Shown here: in pieces, positions 25,481 through 40,259 of the stretch
How positions within the stretch are numbered: position 1 is the stretch's first letter
Layout: each line of letters opens with the position of its first letter
From: Octopus vulgaris
Lineage: Eukaryota
NCBI GenBank assembly: GCA_951406725.2
Contig: OX597828.1
Span: 32,674,001 to 32,738,000 of the forward strand
Reading direction: 5' to 3'
DNA: 64,000 nt
The notes under the pieces: model-generated
Told to the model about the DNA's origin: nothing
The model's database searches: none
Seen by the model: only the letters and a program-made list of their open reading frames with translations
Translations under genes and position numbers: made by a program

Positions 25481-28400
25481 CATATTGCTGTTTTATACTG
25501 ATTGGTTTTCTCTGGACCATGCAAAATACTGAAAATATGTTTATATTGAAAAACAGGTTTTTAAAATATTTCAACATATCCAACTGCAAATATCGTATCA
25601 CCGCTTTCATGATAGCATTTTCGTTTTGTATATAATATTCGGTATTAACTAAGAGTTCCCCTTTTAGTGTTAAAACTGTAGAACCATCAACATGTTAAAC
25701 TACTTGTTCTATCCATTAAAATATTATAAATCCAATTGTTATATCCCTCTTATATATCCATCCTAATGAAAGTTCTGCTCGAGTAGATCATCGGGTGTGT
25801 TTTGTTTTATAACACTCCTACGTTACAATTTTGTTTGCATCTCGCCCGAGTCAAACTTGTGTTTCCTCGTTCTGGAGTCGACAAAAGAGATAAGAGGTCG
25901 TGCTCTGGGATGAATAAATCGACTAGGATTTTCCCCAAAATTTTTGAAACTTCAATTATGAATGGGAACCGGCGTTTTCTTTTATTATTTACGATTCAAG
26001 GCGACGAACTCCTCTTCACTGTTGTCAATAGAGTACTTGGTTGCACTTAGAATCGACAGAGTAAAAGTTATCCCAAAAATACCAATCAAAACTCATTTCT
26101 ACCTGCACATTATTTCGATTTCGGGCACGGTAGCGCGGCGGAGGAACGGGCGACAGGCGCAGGCCTGCCGCAAACGATCGTGCTTTACAGCTGGATCATC
26201 TCAAAAATCACATGAACAGCAAAACATAAACTCTTTCACTTTAGCAGCAGCAATCTTTGATTTTGTATTTCATCTGTTTCTACATCTCAAAGCATGTATG
26301 CACTATTTAAGAAACTTTGTAATCAGGTGCAAAGTATTGAAACATCTCGTGAGTAGTTTCCAGGGTGAACGGTTGTGGTTCTGACGTTGGTAATTGTGAT
26401 TAGATTACAGATGCGTTTTGGCATTTATAATCTTTACTACCATAACAAGTAGTACAATATGGCTGGTGAGGCATAATGTTCCGTTTTCTAGGGTTCAGTG
26501 AAGGTGTAAATGCCAATCACCTGGGACTAATTTGGATTATCGACCATTAAAAAACAATCTGGGCATTAGTGTATCCTGGATAACTTTTGGTTCCGGTATT
26601 AGTAGCCTAGGAATGTTTAATTTTTACCACTCTCATCTTCCTCATGACTAATATTGTATTTAATATTCATAATATTTTTACCAAGGTAGATCAGAGCATA
26701 ATTATTTCATGCTTAATATCCTTGAAGTTCAGTAATTTCGATCAGTTTATAATCGTCCTACTATAGTAATATTTTTAATTAGAGTTTTTTTTTTAATACG
26801 TTATTACTATTCAGTTCTAAATTTGAAACTGAGTTTAATTACTCCATTATACGGTTTGTCCTAAACCATAGGTTGTGTTTTATTCACTAGTAACCACAAA
26901 TTCCTAAATCTTCACTGAAGACGTGTATCGTCTTCTTCCTCCGTCTATGTTGTTCATTGCGATTCGGTTTCCTGAGATGCTGCGATATCAAATGTTTCAC
27001 ATTTTTGTTTCTGTTAACGAGACAACGAAAGTGTCCAGTCCCAAACTTGTAGCATATGATTTGTCTAGTTTAAGATGAGTAGACCTAACACCAAAGACAT
27101 TTGAGCCACGATCAGCCCACGCATCTAAGAAATAAAGTAAACCTAGAATGACCTGTGTTTTTGTTTTTGTATAGGCTAGTATGTTCATCTGTGAGGGAAG
27201 TAGCTGCTAATTATGTCCATCAAGCATATAGCCTGACCTGTTGGTTCGTACTTTATATGATGTCATTATATTACTGATTTTCATTGCATGATTTCATTAT
27301 ATTGCTGAATCCGAATTGATATTAATGTTCTTAGATATGATGGGTGTTTTATGTGTTATTGTGATTTACAGCTATTGAACAGTCTTCATCGGCTCAATGA
27401 TAAAAATTCTTTCAGTCACAACCATTCCGCCATTTTATATATCAAGACTACAGTTATCTTACCATTAAACATAGTCAACCATTTCTTCTGCGGAATTTTA
27501 TCCTAATGTGATACTAGTAATATAACCACTTTTCAGTAAACTACTCGATAACCATGTCTCCGCACTTTTGTCATTAGTTTCGTCTCTGCTTGCCCCAAGC
27601 TCCCCACTAATAGCAATTTCTAGATCTTCATTTTTAAAGTATTATGAAACTATGGTTCCCAAGCAGTTCATGGTTTTCTTGTAGTTATTAAAGTACAACA
27701 TTCACATCAGCAATCTCACCGACATTAGACTCATGCAGAAGCAATGACTACAAAATTTTCCCCAGAACAAATCATTAAAATACATCAATAAAAACATTGT
27801 GCAAAATGACATTACTTCCGAAAAAGGGTAAAAAGTGTCTTTGGGAGACTTAGCTTATATTTCCAGACGATCGAGTGACACTGTAATGTCTCCATAGGTT
27901 GCAAGTCTCAGACATAGGAAGAATGCATGTTTGGTGTTCATGTTGTTATTATTTTCTTTTTGTGATAATTATATATGTTTGTAGCATATTTCTCCACACT
28001 ACATCCAAATAACATAATCTTGGACTTTAGGTCTTCTACACATCACTTGATTTGAACTTTCACCGCTCTGTGTCGCGTGAAATTTGTTAAAATTTGCAAA
28101 GTCAGTTGTTTTTTTTATATATGTAATATGGGGTAATGTCTGCGAAAGATCTCTTCCTACGCTGAAAGAATTGATTTTATCGCATGATTTAGGTCTATCT
28201 TTCTTGTCAGTGATCAAAATTCATTCATTCAAAAATAAATCATATCCATAGAGTATTTTCACTGTTTTTTTATTACTCTTATGTCGCTTATTATTACATA
28301 TAACTTACTATATTTATAGTTGTCGATGCTTGCATTGAAAATGTATTTTCACTTCCAATTTATAGTAAGTGCTGTCATTTAAAATTGACGTAATTTCATG

Positions 28401-28809
28401 TTTCATTTCTAACATTGAAACAAAATTATATTCGACGCTTCTTTTATTTAGAATGTTGTTTAAAAAACAATCTTAATAAGTTTTAGCGTGGAACGAAGTG
28501 ATTTACAATATTTGTTGAGACATTTTGTATTTTGAATACAATGTCGATGAAACCAACATTGCCCCTCAACATTCCAGGATTTATAAAATGAGGTAACAAT
28601 ATAGAATTTGGATCGGTTTAATGGATAACACCGTACTTTTAGAACTTAGGTTTTTGAATGCGTCGGTTTAATTCAGAAAATATTATTAGTAATAGTATAA
28701 AATGAATTATGATATTGCCGATCGAGGTTCTCCACCGGATCATCCTTGCAGAACAGCTGCGCATAGGATTATTTCTTCAATATAGTGACATACATATCAT
28801 TTGCCATGG

Positions 28810-28854
<45 letters not shown>

Positions 28855-28996
28855 CTTTCAGGTAAACCCGAAGTTTCTACCTTTAAACACAAGGAATTAT
28901 AACCTTTTTACTTGTGTGATGTTTTGCTACCCTGGTGACTATTTATCTATTTTTTCCGTGTTCATTGTTAACAAGGCAAAATACACACATGTAGTC

Positions 28997-29048
<52 letters not shown>

Positions 29049-29056
29049 ATACATAC

Positions 29057-29099
<43 letters not shown>

Positions 29100-29764
29100 T
29101 ATATATATATATCTGCGTATATGCCAACGTGTATGTGTGTGTATGCGTATGTATGTTCATGTCTGTATGTGTGCGTGTGTGAGGCAAGGGAAGCTAGAAA
29201 TATAAGACCGATTTCAGCACAAGAACTAGGAAAGAACATATCCCCCCTTTAACATTTGGTGCTGTATGCAGTATGTATGTCAAGACGCTTTTAGATTTGC
29301 TCAACCTAACGGAAAATATAAATGCATAAAGTTTGTAAAGGGTATAAATTTTATATGTAATAAATCACACATATTATTTCTTCCTTTTTTGTTTTACTGA
29401 CCGTGTGAATGTGTGCATTAAATGTGAGTGAATATGTGTTAGACTAAATTTATCTGAGCGTTTTTGATGTAGTTTATTTTTGTTACTTCTTTTATATATT
29501 CGTATAATGTGACATGTATCACATTGATGCAACTCGATATTGAATTTGATTTTCGTTGTCTTTTTTTTAAGTTTGCTTTTATGTTTGTGTTTTGGCAACT
29601 GGATAAAAAATATTTCATTTATATCAGTAATTTTCTTTTCATAACTGTACAATTTATTCCTTTAGTTGTGAACACAAGATGGACAAGTAGAAAGAATATA
29701 AAAAAAAAACTCTCTAGAATCTTTAGATTACAAATGGTGTCAAGTCCCCAAACGATCAAACTAT

Positions 29765-29790
29765 AATTATTATTATTATTTTTATTTTTA

Positions 29791-29870
<80 letters not shown>
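29765..29870. repeat. (ATT)n microsatellite
   Basis: directly visible. Confidence 0.95.
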
Positions 29871-30491
29871 TTCATTAATGTTTTTTATATCAAAAAGTTA
29901 TGTTTGTAACTGCCGAGTGAAAATTAGTCTTAGGAGAATGAATTCTGTTTGAAAGATTGGACCATTCACCAAGAGAGATATTTAGGCCGCGTTAAATTAT
30001 GAATGAAAAAAAAAATGAAAAAAAAGTGCGGGGAAAAAAATTTAAGAAAAATAAATGAAAAATGTCACCGAATACCTCCATGTTAAATTAACGAAACGGA
30101 AACCATGGCTAAAACGTGCGTAATTATTCTCAAGTCAGGCAATATTCTCAAACAGAAATATGTAATATAAACTCCCGGACGAATCATTCCACAACTGTTC
30201 GTCAGACAACACAAATTAGTACCTGCATGCGCGTGAACGTATGCACATATATACAGAAACACACATGTATACATACATATGTATATGCACATAGACAAAA
30301 TAATACAGGAATGAATTATTTTTTGCTGCGCGTATATAGATAGATAGATACATGCACACATACATACATACATACATACACACATGTATATATGGATATG
30401 TTGTATATATCTGTATATTTTATATTTATATATATATATATATAGTATGTATACACAGACACACACAGAGACATATATATATATATATATT

Positions 30492-30645
30492 AGCGCAGGA
30501 GTGACTGTGTGGGAAATAGCTTGCTTGCCATCGACATGACTCCGAGTTCAGTCCGACTACGTGGCATCTTGCGCAAGTATCTTCTTCTATAACCTCGGGC
30601 GACCAAATTCCTGTGCGTGGATTTGATAGACAAAAACTGGAAGAA
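30492..30645 (+). mobile_element. SINE family A 5' part
   Basis: gcgcaggagtgactgtgtgg..gagttcagtcc..cttctataacctcgggcgaccaaa. Confidence 0.8.
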
Positions 30646-31027
30646 TATTTGGGTGGGCATGTTGATGTTTCAAGTGAGGGTGGATGAGTTACGCGCACTT
30701 ACGCGGTTTCTATGAACATTTTTACTCCCTTACCTTTACTCCCTTTACTTACCTAGCGGTCATTCTAATATCTCTTTTGTCTTAATAACGGTAAATCACA
30801 CAGTAATTTCCCTTTGTTTAATGGTCATCTTCAGATCATTTTTGTGATGGCCCAGTAATTGAAAAGATGCCGGCCTTGGGTTTCCGCCCCGACATTCGAA
30901 ACTCGGAGTTTCTTCATGGCTACCGAATAATTGTCACATTATATAATTAGAGATAAATTCCTTTATTTAATTAATATCGAGGTCTCTTTCATTCTTTTGT
31001 TGTCTTACCATTTCTATCAACATATGT

Positions 31028-31079
<52 letters not shown>

Positions 31080-31090
31080 ATATATATATA

Positions 31091-31126
<36 letters not shown>

Positions 31127-31212
31127 TATAATCTATCTATCTGTCTGTCTATCTATCTATCTATATATATATATCTATCTATCTATCTATATATATATAT
31201 ATATATATATAT

Positions 31213-31425
31213 TTGTGTGTCTCTGTTTCTACTCCACCCAAAAGGCACTTAACAACCGATGTTGGTGGATTTACGTCCCCATAAACTAGCGGTTCGGCAC
31301 AGGAGACCGATAGAATAAGTACCAGGCTTACAAGGAACAATTCGTTGGTCGATTTGTTCGATTAAAGGCGGTGCTCCTGCATGGCCGGATTCAAATAACT
31401 GAAAGAAGTAAAAGAATAAAAGAAT
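31213..31425 (+). mobile_element. SINE family A 3' part
   Basis: caaccgatgttggtg..gagaccgatagaataagtac..ttaaaggcggtgctcc.gcatggccg..gtaaaagaataaaagaa. Confidence 0.8.
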
Positions 31426-31575
31426 GTGTATGTATGGAAGGATATAAAACTTTATGTGTATGTGTGGAAGGGAATTTGATTTACAACCATATATTTCTTG
31501 GCTTGATCTTCCCTTCTATTATAAGCCAAGGCCGACCTAATCCTCTGTGAGATTGAAACTGAAAGAAGCCCATTG

Positions 31576-31608
<33 letters not shown>

Positions 31609-31884
31609 CTGTGTGTGCGTGTGTATGTGTGTGTGGGTGTGCGTAATTTTCAGTCTGTCTGAGGGGGCACCTTTCTGTGTTTTGGGGGTGGTTTTTGTCG
31701 GCCCTGTAACATAGCAGTTCGGCTAAACTGACTGATAGAATAACCCGCAGACTTTAAGAGAGCATTAATTTATGATGTCGAATGGTTGGACAAAAAAAAA
31801 ACTATTACCGAAACAATTAAATGAAAAAAAGTAAAGAGTACATGTATTCATAACACACTCACACACACACTCACACATACACAC

Positions 31885-31997
31885 ATACATACATACATAC
31901 ATACATACATACATACATACATACATACATACATACATACATACATACATACATACATACATACATACATACATACATACATACATACATACATACA

Positions 31998-32027
<30 letters not shown>
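31885..32027. repeat. (ATAC)n microsatellite
   Basis: directly visible; abuts the 3' end of the RTE fragment. Confidence 0.95.
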
Positions 32028-32028
<1 letters not shown>

Positions 32029-32039
32029 CCAATATCAGG

Positions 32040-32615
32040 CACTCATCACTTTTGAAAGAGAAATCCCTCTCTGGACCCCTGTCGTTGTTGTCTGTCACTA
32101 GCCAGTTGTGAGCATGTAGGCCCAGATAGACTGTAAGAAGTATCTCGCCTCTTATCCATTGTCTCGGCCTAATGATCTTATCCATTTTCTCACTTCATGA
32201 TATTGTCCATTATCTCGGACTCATGGTCTTGTCCATAGTCATGGTACAACTCACGTCACCCTGATTTTACATCTTGTTGCCACTTAGACATGTGGCGTAG
32301 TCAGACTATTTATATTTGTTTTCCTTTAAGGATTATTATGGTATCGTTAACCCTAGTGTGCAATCTAATCCTTGCGTCGATTTTCTTGTCCAACAGTGTG
32401 AATCCTATCATAATTGCTTCCGTTTTCCGTTGGGTACAATGAGGGTGTTCATGATGGTAGTGTTAAGAGCCCATATTTCACTACCTTAAACCATCACTGG
32501 CAAGATGAAGATACTTTTCATGGATGTCTTGGGAATTTACAAGAGGTTTCGTACCCTCCCAAATGCCGCCCAACCAAGCGCTGTTCTTTTCTTTGTGCAT
32601 ACAGGTATACACTGA
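32040..32615 (-). mobile_element. decayed RTE-clade LINE 3' fragment
   Basis: minus strand LGWAAFGRV..ILPVMV*GSEIWAL (RTE ILP.L.YG.E.W motif). Confidence 0.6.
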
Positions 32616-32619
32616 TACC

Positions 32620-33050
32620 TCCTCATGGATGATTTTCTAGGCAGAACCATGAGTAATCTGCAGAGAACGAGCTACCTCGTTGAAGATAACTCGCCGGTTT
32701 ACCATAACCTTCTCTCGAGTTTGCTGGGTCTTCTCGTGGCTGACGTACGTCAAGCTCTCTCTTCATGCGGCACGCTTGTCCAGCCACATTCAAAATTCTC
32801 GATTTACTTATAAACATTTCTACGCGGTAGTGCATTGCTCCCGAATTATGCTAAAAGCCTATGAGGAATTTCAGTACCTGACACATTCCGACCAGAGAAA
32901 TTCGGATCACTGCTCTTTTGTCTTCTGTGTGGCACATTGCTAGTGGAGTGGCCATGCTTACACTGTAAAGTCAGAAAGAAAAGAGACTCGATCAAGCTCA
33001 AATTTCGACCACGGTACCAATTATAAGCACGCATCCGCAGAAGGCAGCAT
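32620..33050 (-). mobile_element. mariner transposase N-terminal fragment
   Basis: MATPLAMC..KRAVI..SGTEIPHRLLA*FGSNALPRRNVYK..FECGWTSV..NRRV..EVARSLQITHGS. Confidence 0.75.
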
Positions 33051-33146
33051 AACAATAATAAAGATGTTATGGTGAAAGTGCGGATAATTCCACCTTCCAC
33101 TTGTATATGTGTGTATATATATGTATGCATATATATCTATGTATGT

Positions 33147-33211
<65 letters not shown>

Positions 33212-34025
33212 CTGAAGACATTTAGATTTATGGCTCAGTAATGTTGGTAGGCAGAGTGCATGTTGCCTAGAAGCCACATATCTAGACAGAATAATTGTTG
33301 TTGCTGCCAATTGTTCTCTTACCATATCCGTGGTTTAACATTAAGCGGTCAACAAAGATATCTCTGAGATCTTACGCCATAGACTATGCTCGACCCGCAC
33401 GCTCTCTAGAATAAAATATCTACCATGTAATCCTGTACAGTTCGATCAGAATTGAAACGTTGGAGTTGAAAAGTGCATTTCTTAACCATAGAGTTCTTTC
33501 TGATTTTATAACACCATTACCTTTTAAGAAAGATTTTCCCATCTGCTTAGAGTTATTATACCTACTATCACTTGTCAAAATTGACACTCACACGCTAATG
33601 GTGATAAATATGAGCATTTCCTATACGTAATATATATTCTTTGCTTCACTTTATCCATGATTTCGAGTGGAATTTAACAATATTGATCTCTAGCCCTTCA
33701 CCCATTCTAGCTTGCTTTTCTTTTCTCATTTTCTATATCTCTCATATAGTTTCAGGCTTTACAACATCTGATTTCTGCTACAGTTCAACGACATATGGTA
33801 CTAGATTTTGATTACTATTTCATATAAACAGGATGGTTATCAAGGATCTATCAATGGAACGTTTACTCGATGTAGCTGAGAATTATGATAGGAAATACAT
33901 TCTCAGTGGCTTTTCATATGATTTAAATTAGATAACGTCAGAATTGCATCGAAGAGTCAAAGAGCCATGAGGACATATATTGACTGCGGATTATGTAATT
34001 CACTCTCCTTCCCTCTTATCTACGT

Positions 34026-34059
<34 letters not shown>

Positions 34060-34245
34060 AGTTATACATACAAATGCGTGTATATGTATATATATGCAAA
34101 CTTGTATACATATATAGATAAATGAATAGATGTATGAATATATATTTATGTACATACATAAATGTGTATATGTAGGTACATACATATTTATATGCGTCTC
34201 TATATATGCAGCTCTCTCTGTCTTTCGCACTCTCACTCTCTGAAT

Positions 34246-34306
<61 letters not shown>

Positions 34307-34419
34307 CTATGCGTATACACGTAAGCATGCAAATATGGTATGTATGTATATATATATACATATATATATATATATAATATAATTAGGTATCTATATATGT
34401 GTATATTCGTAAGCATGCA

Positions 34420-34512
<93 letters not shown>

Positions 34513-35019
34513 TATATATATATATATAATATAATTATGTATCTATATATGCGTATATACGTAAGCATGCAAATATTATATATATATATATATATACGCA
34601 TATATTTATGCATGATAATATTATATATGCTTGTGTGGGGTGGTTCGTGTATCTATGCACTTAAACGTCAAGCGTTCTATTAATCAAACACATTACAAAC
34701 ACACACGTGCATTCAAATTCGCTTATGTTCGCGTGTGTGTGTGTCTTCATTTGTTTTTGAATACATGTAAAATATAGTCAACGTACAATTACGTAACTGA
34801 TTACTCAGGTACATAAAAGATAATTGCTTTTGCTCTTGTGTGTGATTCTGGTTGTTCAATGCACACTTGGGAATATAGCAATTATGTTTGCAATTTTTTT
34901 TCCAGTTTTTCCAATTTTAGAATATCTATCTATCAATCTATCTAGCTAATTCATCTATCTACCTATTTATCTATCTGTCTGTCTGCGGGTCGGGCGGTCT
35001 GTCTATGTGTGTATGTATT

Positions 35020-35260
35020 TATAGGCACAGGCATGTTTGTGTGGTTAAGAAGCCAGCTTTGCAGTTATATAGCTTCAGGTTCCCGTCCACAATACCACTC
35101 TTCCTACGAGTGCCTTTTACTAAGGCCCCAGGCCGACCAATGTGTTGTGACCGAGTTCAGTAGATGGAAAGTGTGTGTAATCCCATTACATTTGGGGATT
35201 TGTACCACTGAGTGGGAACAGTAGTGAGTGTGTGACTAACAGCCATAAAACGTTGCAAAG
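35020..35260 (+). mobile_element. degenerate tRNA-derived SINE
   Basis: gtgtggttaagaag..caggttcccgtccac..ggccgaccaatg. Confidence 0.6.
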
Positions 35261-35392
35261 AACGTCAACACACACACACACACATATATATTGATGAAAG
35301 AAAATTGTTGTATACAGTGCTAAGCTGCACTACAACTAAAAAGAAAAAAAAATGGCCATCAGATGTACTATTGGCGGATTTAAGGACACATT

Positions 35393-35508
35393 GAAGTCCT
35401 CGGAATATTCCAGGAAGTCCCATCTTCGGGACTTTACAAGAAATCTCACATTCTCGGAACTTTCCAGGAAATCCTCGGAATTTTCCAGGAAGTTTCATCC
35501 TCAGAACA
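35393..35508. repeat. ~21-28-bp GC-richer minisatellite (cctcggaattttccaggaa)
   Basis: 4 clear units plus a partial one. Confidence 0.75.
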
Positions 35509-36896
35509 TATCATTAAATCCTCGAGTAGCCTGTGATGACAATGCATTTGAGAATATATTGGGAAATTTTGCTTAGCAGAAAGTATATGCAAAGTGGGCA
35601 GGGTAGTAGTTAATACGGCAGTTGAAGTAGAGAAGAATGAATGTCAACTCTGGTCGTTTGGAAGCATTTGAATCCTATGAAAGCAAAGTTTTTTTCATTT
35701 CCGATGTGGTGACCAGGGATGTGGCGTGAACTTATTATGTGGTCAGTAATTGAGGGCTCTGGAAATGACGATGGAAATGATCTCATCTGATACCCCCAAT
35801 GTGATCCAGTTTCACAGGGAACGCTCTCGATACAACCTAGCTTTATAAAATCACCGTGAATGAGCGTTATTCTCTGTGTTTTTTCTAGAACTGTTCTATC
35901 CCGTTCAGAGCGAAATGTGTATTGAGATATTTCAAAAATCTCAGAAAAGTCCTAAGGAGTAAGTGACCGCAAAAGATCCTGATAACTATCCATGTTGACC
36001 ATTAAAATGCAGAGCAGTCCATATCCTTGGCAACAAAACATGCAATCGGCAAGTTGGACCAGTCACTGGTCGGAGCCAGTTGGATTTGGTTAAGACATAG
36101 AAAAGTTATGCCCGATGTTTCATTACTTTTGGGACAATTATTGCATATACAAATACGACACATTTTATATATATATTTTATAACTGTAATTCATATATCT
36201 ATTATATATACACATACATATAACAACAATGTGTATACATGTATATAGAAATGCACACACAGATTTATATATATATATCGTGTGTTCAGTGTGTGTTGTG
36301 TACAGCAATGGAGAATGTGTCTTTCATATAAGATTTAGCTCTTATCTAATAAATGTGGCACTGACTATTCAGACGTTTTCAAGATAACGGATTTACTGAG
36401 CTATTAGTTATAACTTTACGCAAAAAAACAAAACAGTTTACTATGACTATTAAAACAATAATAACACTACTGCTGTCTTTCTAAGTCATTTCAATCATTT
36501 TATTAGAATATCTATACCTTCTATTAGTAATATTAGTATTATTATCATTAATGCATCCTTTAATTTTGCTGGTGATAAAAAAAAAACCACCGATGATAGC
36601 AGCAGGAATAAAAGAGAGGTGTTAAGTTTGGGAAAAAAAGCAATAATATTAATAATAATGATAAGAAGAAGAAAAAGAAGAGGAAGGGGAAAATAGTTAT
36701 GAGGAAGGCGAAGGAGAAAATGTAGAAAATACGGTAGCGTTGCAAAGGTTAACAACGGTATCGAAATAAAAACCTACATATAAGGATTTCATGTCTTATG
36801 TGTTCATATGAGTGTGTGTGTGTGTGCGCGCGCGTTTATTCAATCATTACTGTATATACACAGACACTCATATATATATATATATGTATGTATATG

Positions 36897-36990
<94 letters not shown>

Positions 36991-39624
36991 TACATATACA
37001 TAGACATGAACGTGCGATTATGTGTGTTTGATGTCGTTGTGTGTATATGTATAAAACTGTATGCATTTGTAGGCATTGCGATGTGTTAGAGATAGGTGAA
37101 GAAACATTTGGATTTTAGTCAATAACTGAAGACAAAGACTAATGCTTGAAATACAGGAAACATTAACGAATTGATAAGAGATATATTTCCTTTGGTAGAA
37201 CCATTGCCAGATAATCTGAACAATCAAACGGGAAGGGTGCTATAGTGTTTTGGAATTCATGCAAGGTCAGGCTACAGAATTAGAAAACGTTGTGGAAAGA
37301 AAAATAATGCTTCAAGCATGGTCTTTTTAAAGCCATCTGCACGGAAAGAAATCAAGCAAAAATATCAGGCTGTAAGGCCTTTGCAGACTGAAACTAAAGT
37401 AAAATCGTTGAAAAGATGAACAAAACCATGACGTATAATATTGTTGAGAAAAATAAATATAAATTCTCGTGTAAATGAAGAAGAAATATTTTGTTTAGAA
37501 ATTACGTTTGCTGAATGAATTGTGAAATTCTGAATACATTTATATAACAACTTTTATTTTTTCTTTAAAAAAAGATAATAAATAAATATTCATAAAATAG
37601 GAAAGTATTGTTATATAAAAAGAACATTAGACGGGAAACATGGAAGCAACGATAATGATTATGATATAATATATTTGAATAAAAACCTTTTGTCAGACAA
37701 TATCTGGTAAACATATCAAAGCATATACACCTCCGTCTGCAATATTTCAACGAAAAAGAAACTATACGCTCGGATTTTCTTTACATTGAATAAATAAACG
37801 TTAGTGTAGGGAGGGGGATAATGTTATCTTCAATAATTCGATCTATTAAAGACCGGTTTTAATACAGATGAGATGAAACAAAATGATTTCAGCTGCATTT
37901 GTTATTTTTTCTTTTTTTCTTTTTTTCTTTTCCACCGTTCAAACTGTCTGTTTCTTTCTGGCTCCTCTGTCTCTCCCCTGTCTCCCACATATACCCACAG
38001 ATATATGTGTGTGAATGTGTGCACGCGCACATTTGTATGTGTATGTGTACGAATGTGTGTGTCTGTTTGTATATGCATACAATTATTTATCTTCATATAG
38101 ATCTCTACCTACGTGCAAGCACCAATATATGTATATATATATATATTAATCGTGTATTGGACATGATAATATAAATATATATCTTATAAAAACTATATCT
38201 GTGTGTGCATATGTAGCAAATATTTCATTTTAAACATATTACTAAATAACTTCAGTTCTTTTAAAAGTAATACAATAAATATTATTAAATTTTTGAATAT
38301 TAGTAGCGTTCCAGTTTTTCAGATGTCTTAAATGTTTGCTAGCTGTTTAAAATATTTTTATTATGACAAATGCGATATCTGCAATGAGAGGTATTTTAAT
38401 TCATTACATAATATTAGTATACGATTCCACATTCGTAATGTTGTTAGAGAAGGTATTGACTTTATCGGTTCTGTCATTATTCAGTGACACTCAACGTGTT
38501 TTCTATGCTTCGACACACATCTTCTGCAATAGGTTTCTTTCAATTCTATTTCATCTTACGATAGACTGTGACATTTTCCGCTGGTTAGTTATCAATGCTT
38601 AGTTCATCTTAAGCTGTAATATTTAGTTCGTGTTTAGCAGACTGCTGATCAAAGGAATAGTAGTTACGGTTATCAGTGTCTTGGTTTTTTCTTTATACAA
38701 ATACTGGCTCCCTGAAGATATTATTCGATATGCGCGTGCTGTGCGCCAAGACGGTAGAATCTACAGCGAGGTAGATCTACATGCAATTTCCAGCGAGGGA
38801 GGCCCCTGTGTAGCGGCCCCCCACTTGTTTATTACAGATCACTTTGATAGTTTTGTCAGGGGCTTGTGCATATGTTCGTGAATATGTGTGTATGAATGTA
38901 TGTAGGTGTGTGTATGTGTTTGTGGGAGAGAGAGAGAGACAGAGAGACAGAGAGACAGAGACAGAGAGACAGAGAGACAGAGACAGAGAGACAGATAGAG
39001 AGACAGAGCGAGAGAGAGAAAGAGAGTTTGGACTTTCAGAGTTATTACTTCATATATGAAAATGTGACTAAAAATGAAAAACATATAAATATAATTTTGA
39101 AAACTTAAATAAGACATAAAACTGCTAAGCAATTCCATTGTATTGTAAATTCCAAGATTGGCATTGGAATGGGATTTAGGAAAATAGCCGTGTCACTTTC
39201 CCAAAGAACAACATATTTCTAAAGAAAGTAATTAATAGCATTTTTTTTTCATTCGGATAGATAATTAGAGGCCGCGCAGAGAAAGTGATAATATCTGATT
39301 GCTCTAATTTCTACGACATCAAATGTTCAGAAAATATCAATCTACGATTTAAATACCATTCACTCACTATAGAGAAACGCTGAATAATTTACCAACGAAA
39401 ATAGAAATTACATTGAAGTATTAAATCTAGTCTTGTCAACATAACAACTATACTGATCGTGGATAGAAGTGAGAATGCTACATGTATCCATGGCAGTTAT
39501 TCTGAATGAGTTTTAATTTTGTAAAGAACTATTTCAGTAAGGATAATCGGAAACTCAAAAATGGCACACAGCTACATGGAGCTCGATCAATGCTACATAA
39601 ATATATTTCGTTTATGACCAAATC

Positions 39625-39657
39625 ATATGTGTGTGTGTATATATATATGTGTGTGTG

Positions 39658-39691
<34 letters not shown>

Positions 39692-40130
39692 CGTTTGTCC
39701 TTTATCATATTCCATTTGGTCTTTCTGTAGTATGCATTTGCGTCTGTATGTGTGCGTATGTGTGTGTATGTTTCTATGTGTGTATGTGTATGCGTCAGTG
39801 AGCGATAGTGTGTGTGTTCGTATGTATGTGTGTGTATGTGTCAGTGAGTGCGTGTGTTGGCATGTGTATGTATGTGTCAGTGAGTGTGGATGTGTTTGTG
39901 TGTGTGTGTGCTTGTATGTGTGTGTGTCGGTGAGTGAGTGTATGTGTATATGTGTCATTGAGTGTGTGTGTGTGTTTGTATGTATGTGTGTATATACATG
40001 TATGTGTATGTGTCAGTGAGTGTGTGCGTGTTTGTATGTGTGCGCGTGTTTGGATGTGTGTATGTGTATGTGTCAGTGAGTGTGTATGTGTGTCTTCTGT
40101 CTGTTTAGTATGTGTGATTTGTGTGCATGC
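39625..40130. repeat. (GT)-rich degenerate microsatellite
   Basis: directly visible. Confidence 0.9.
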
Positions 40131-40259
40131 ATACTGGTTTGCTTATCATACTCTTCGTTTCCGCGTCTTTCATTTATTGGTTCCGCTTTCTCATTCTGTC
40201 TTTAGAATGTGTATGTAATAGAAATGATAATAGAGACAATCTGAGAGACAGGAACCAGA

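Noticed and set aside
26100-26180. HDV-like ribozyme on the minus strand
   Set aside because: P1- and P2-like pairings can be drawn, but P3/P1.1 and the catalytic C in J4/2 cannot
26997-27188. APE endonuclease N-terminus (SNVFGVR...LTETK)
   Set aside because: Only a weak two-motif resemblance; no downstream APE or RT motifs
33323-33405. Small minus-strand exon(s) with gtaag donors
   Set aside because: All three frames of the full segment contain stops; the shorter options are too short to support
34304-34578. Three octamer (ATGCAAAT) sites
   Set aside because: Explained by local duplication within a (TA)n tract
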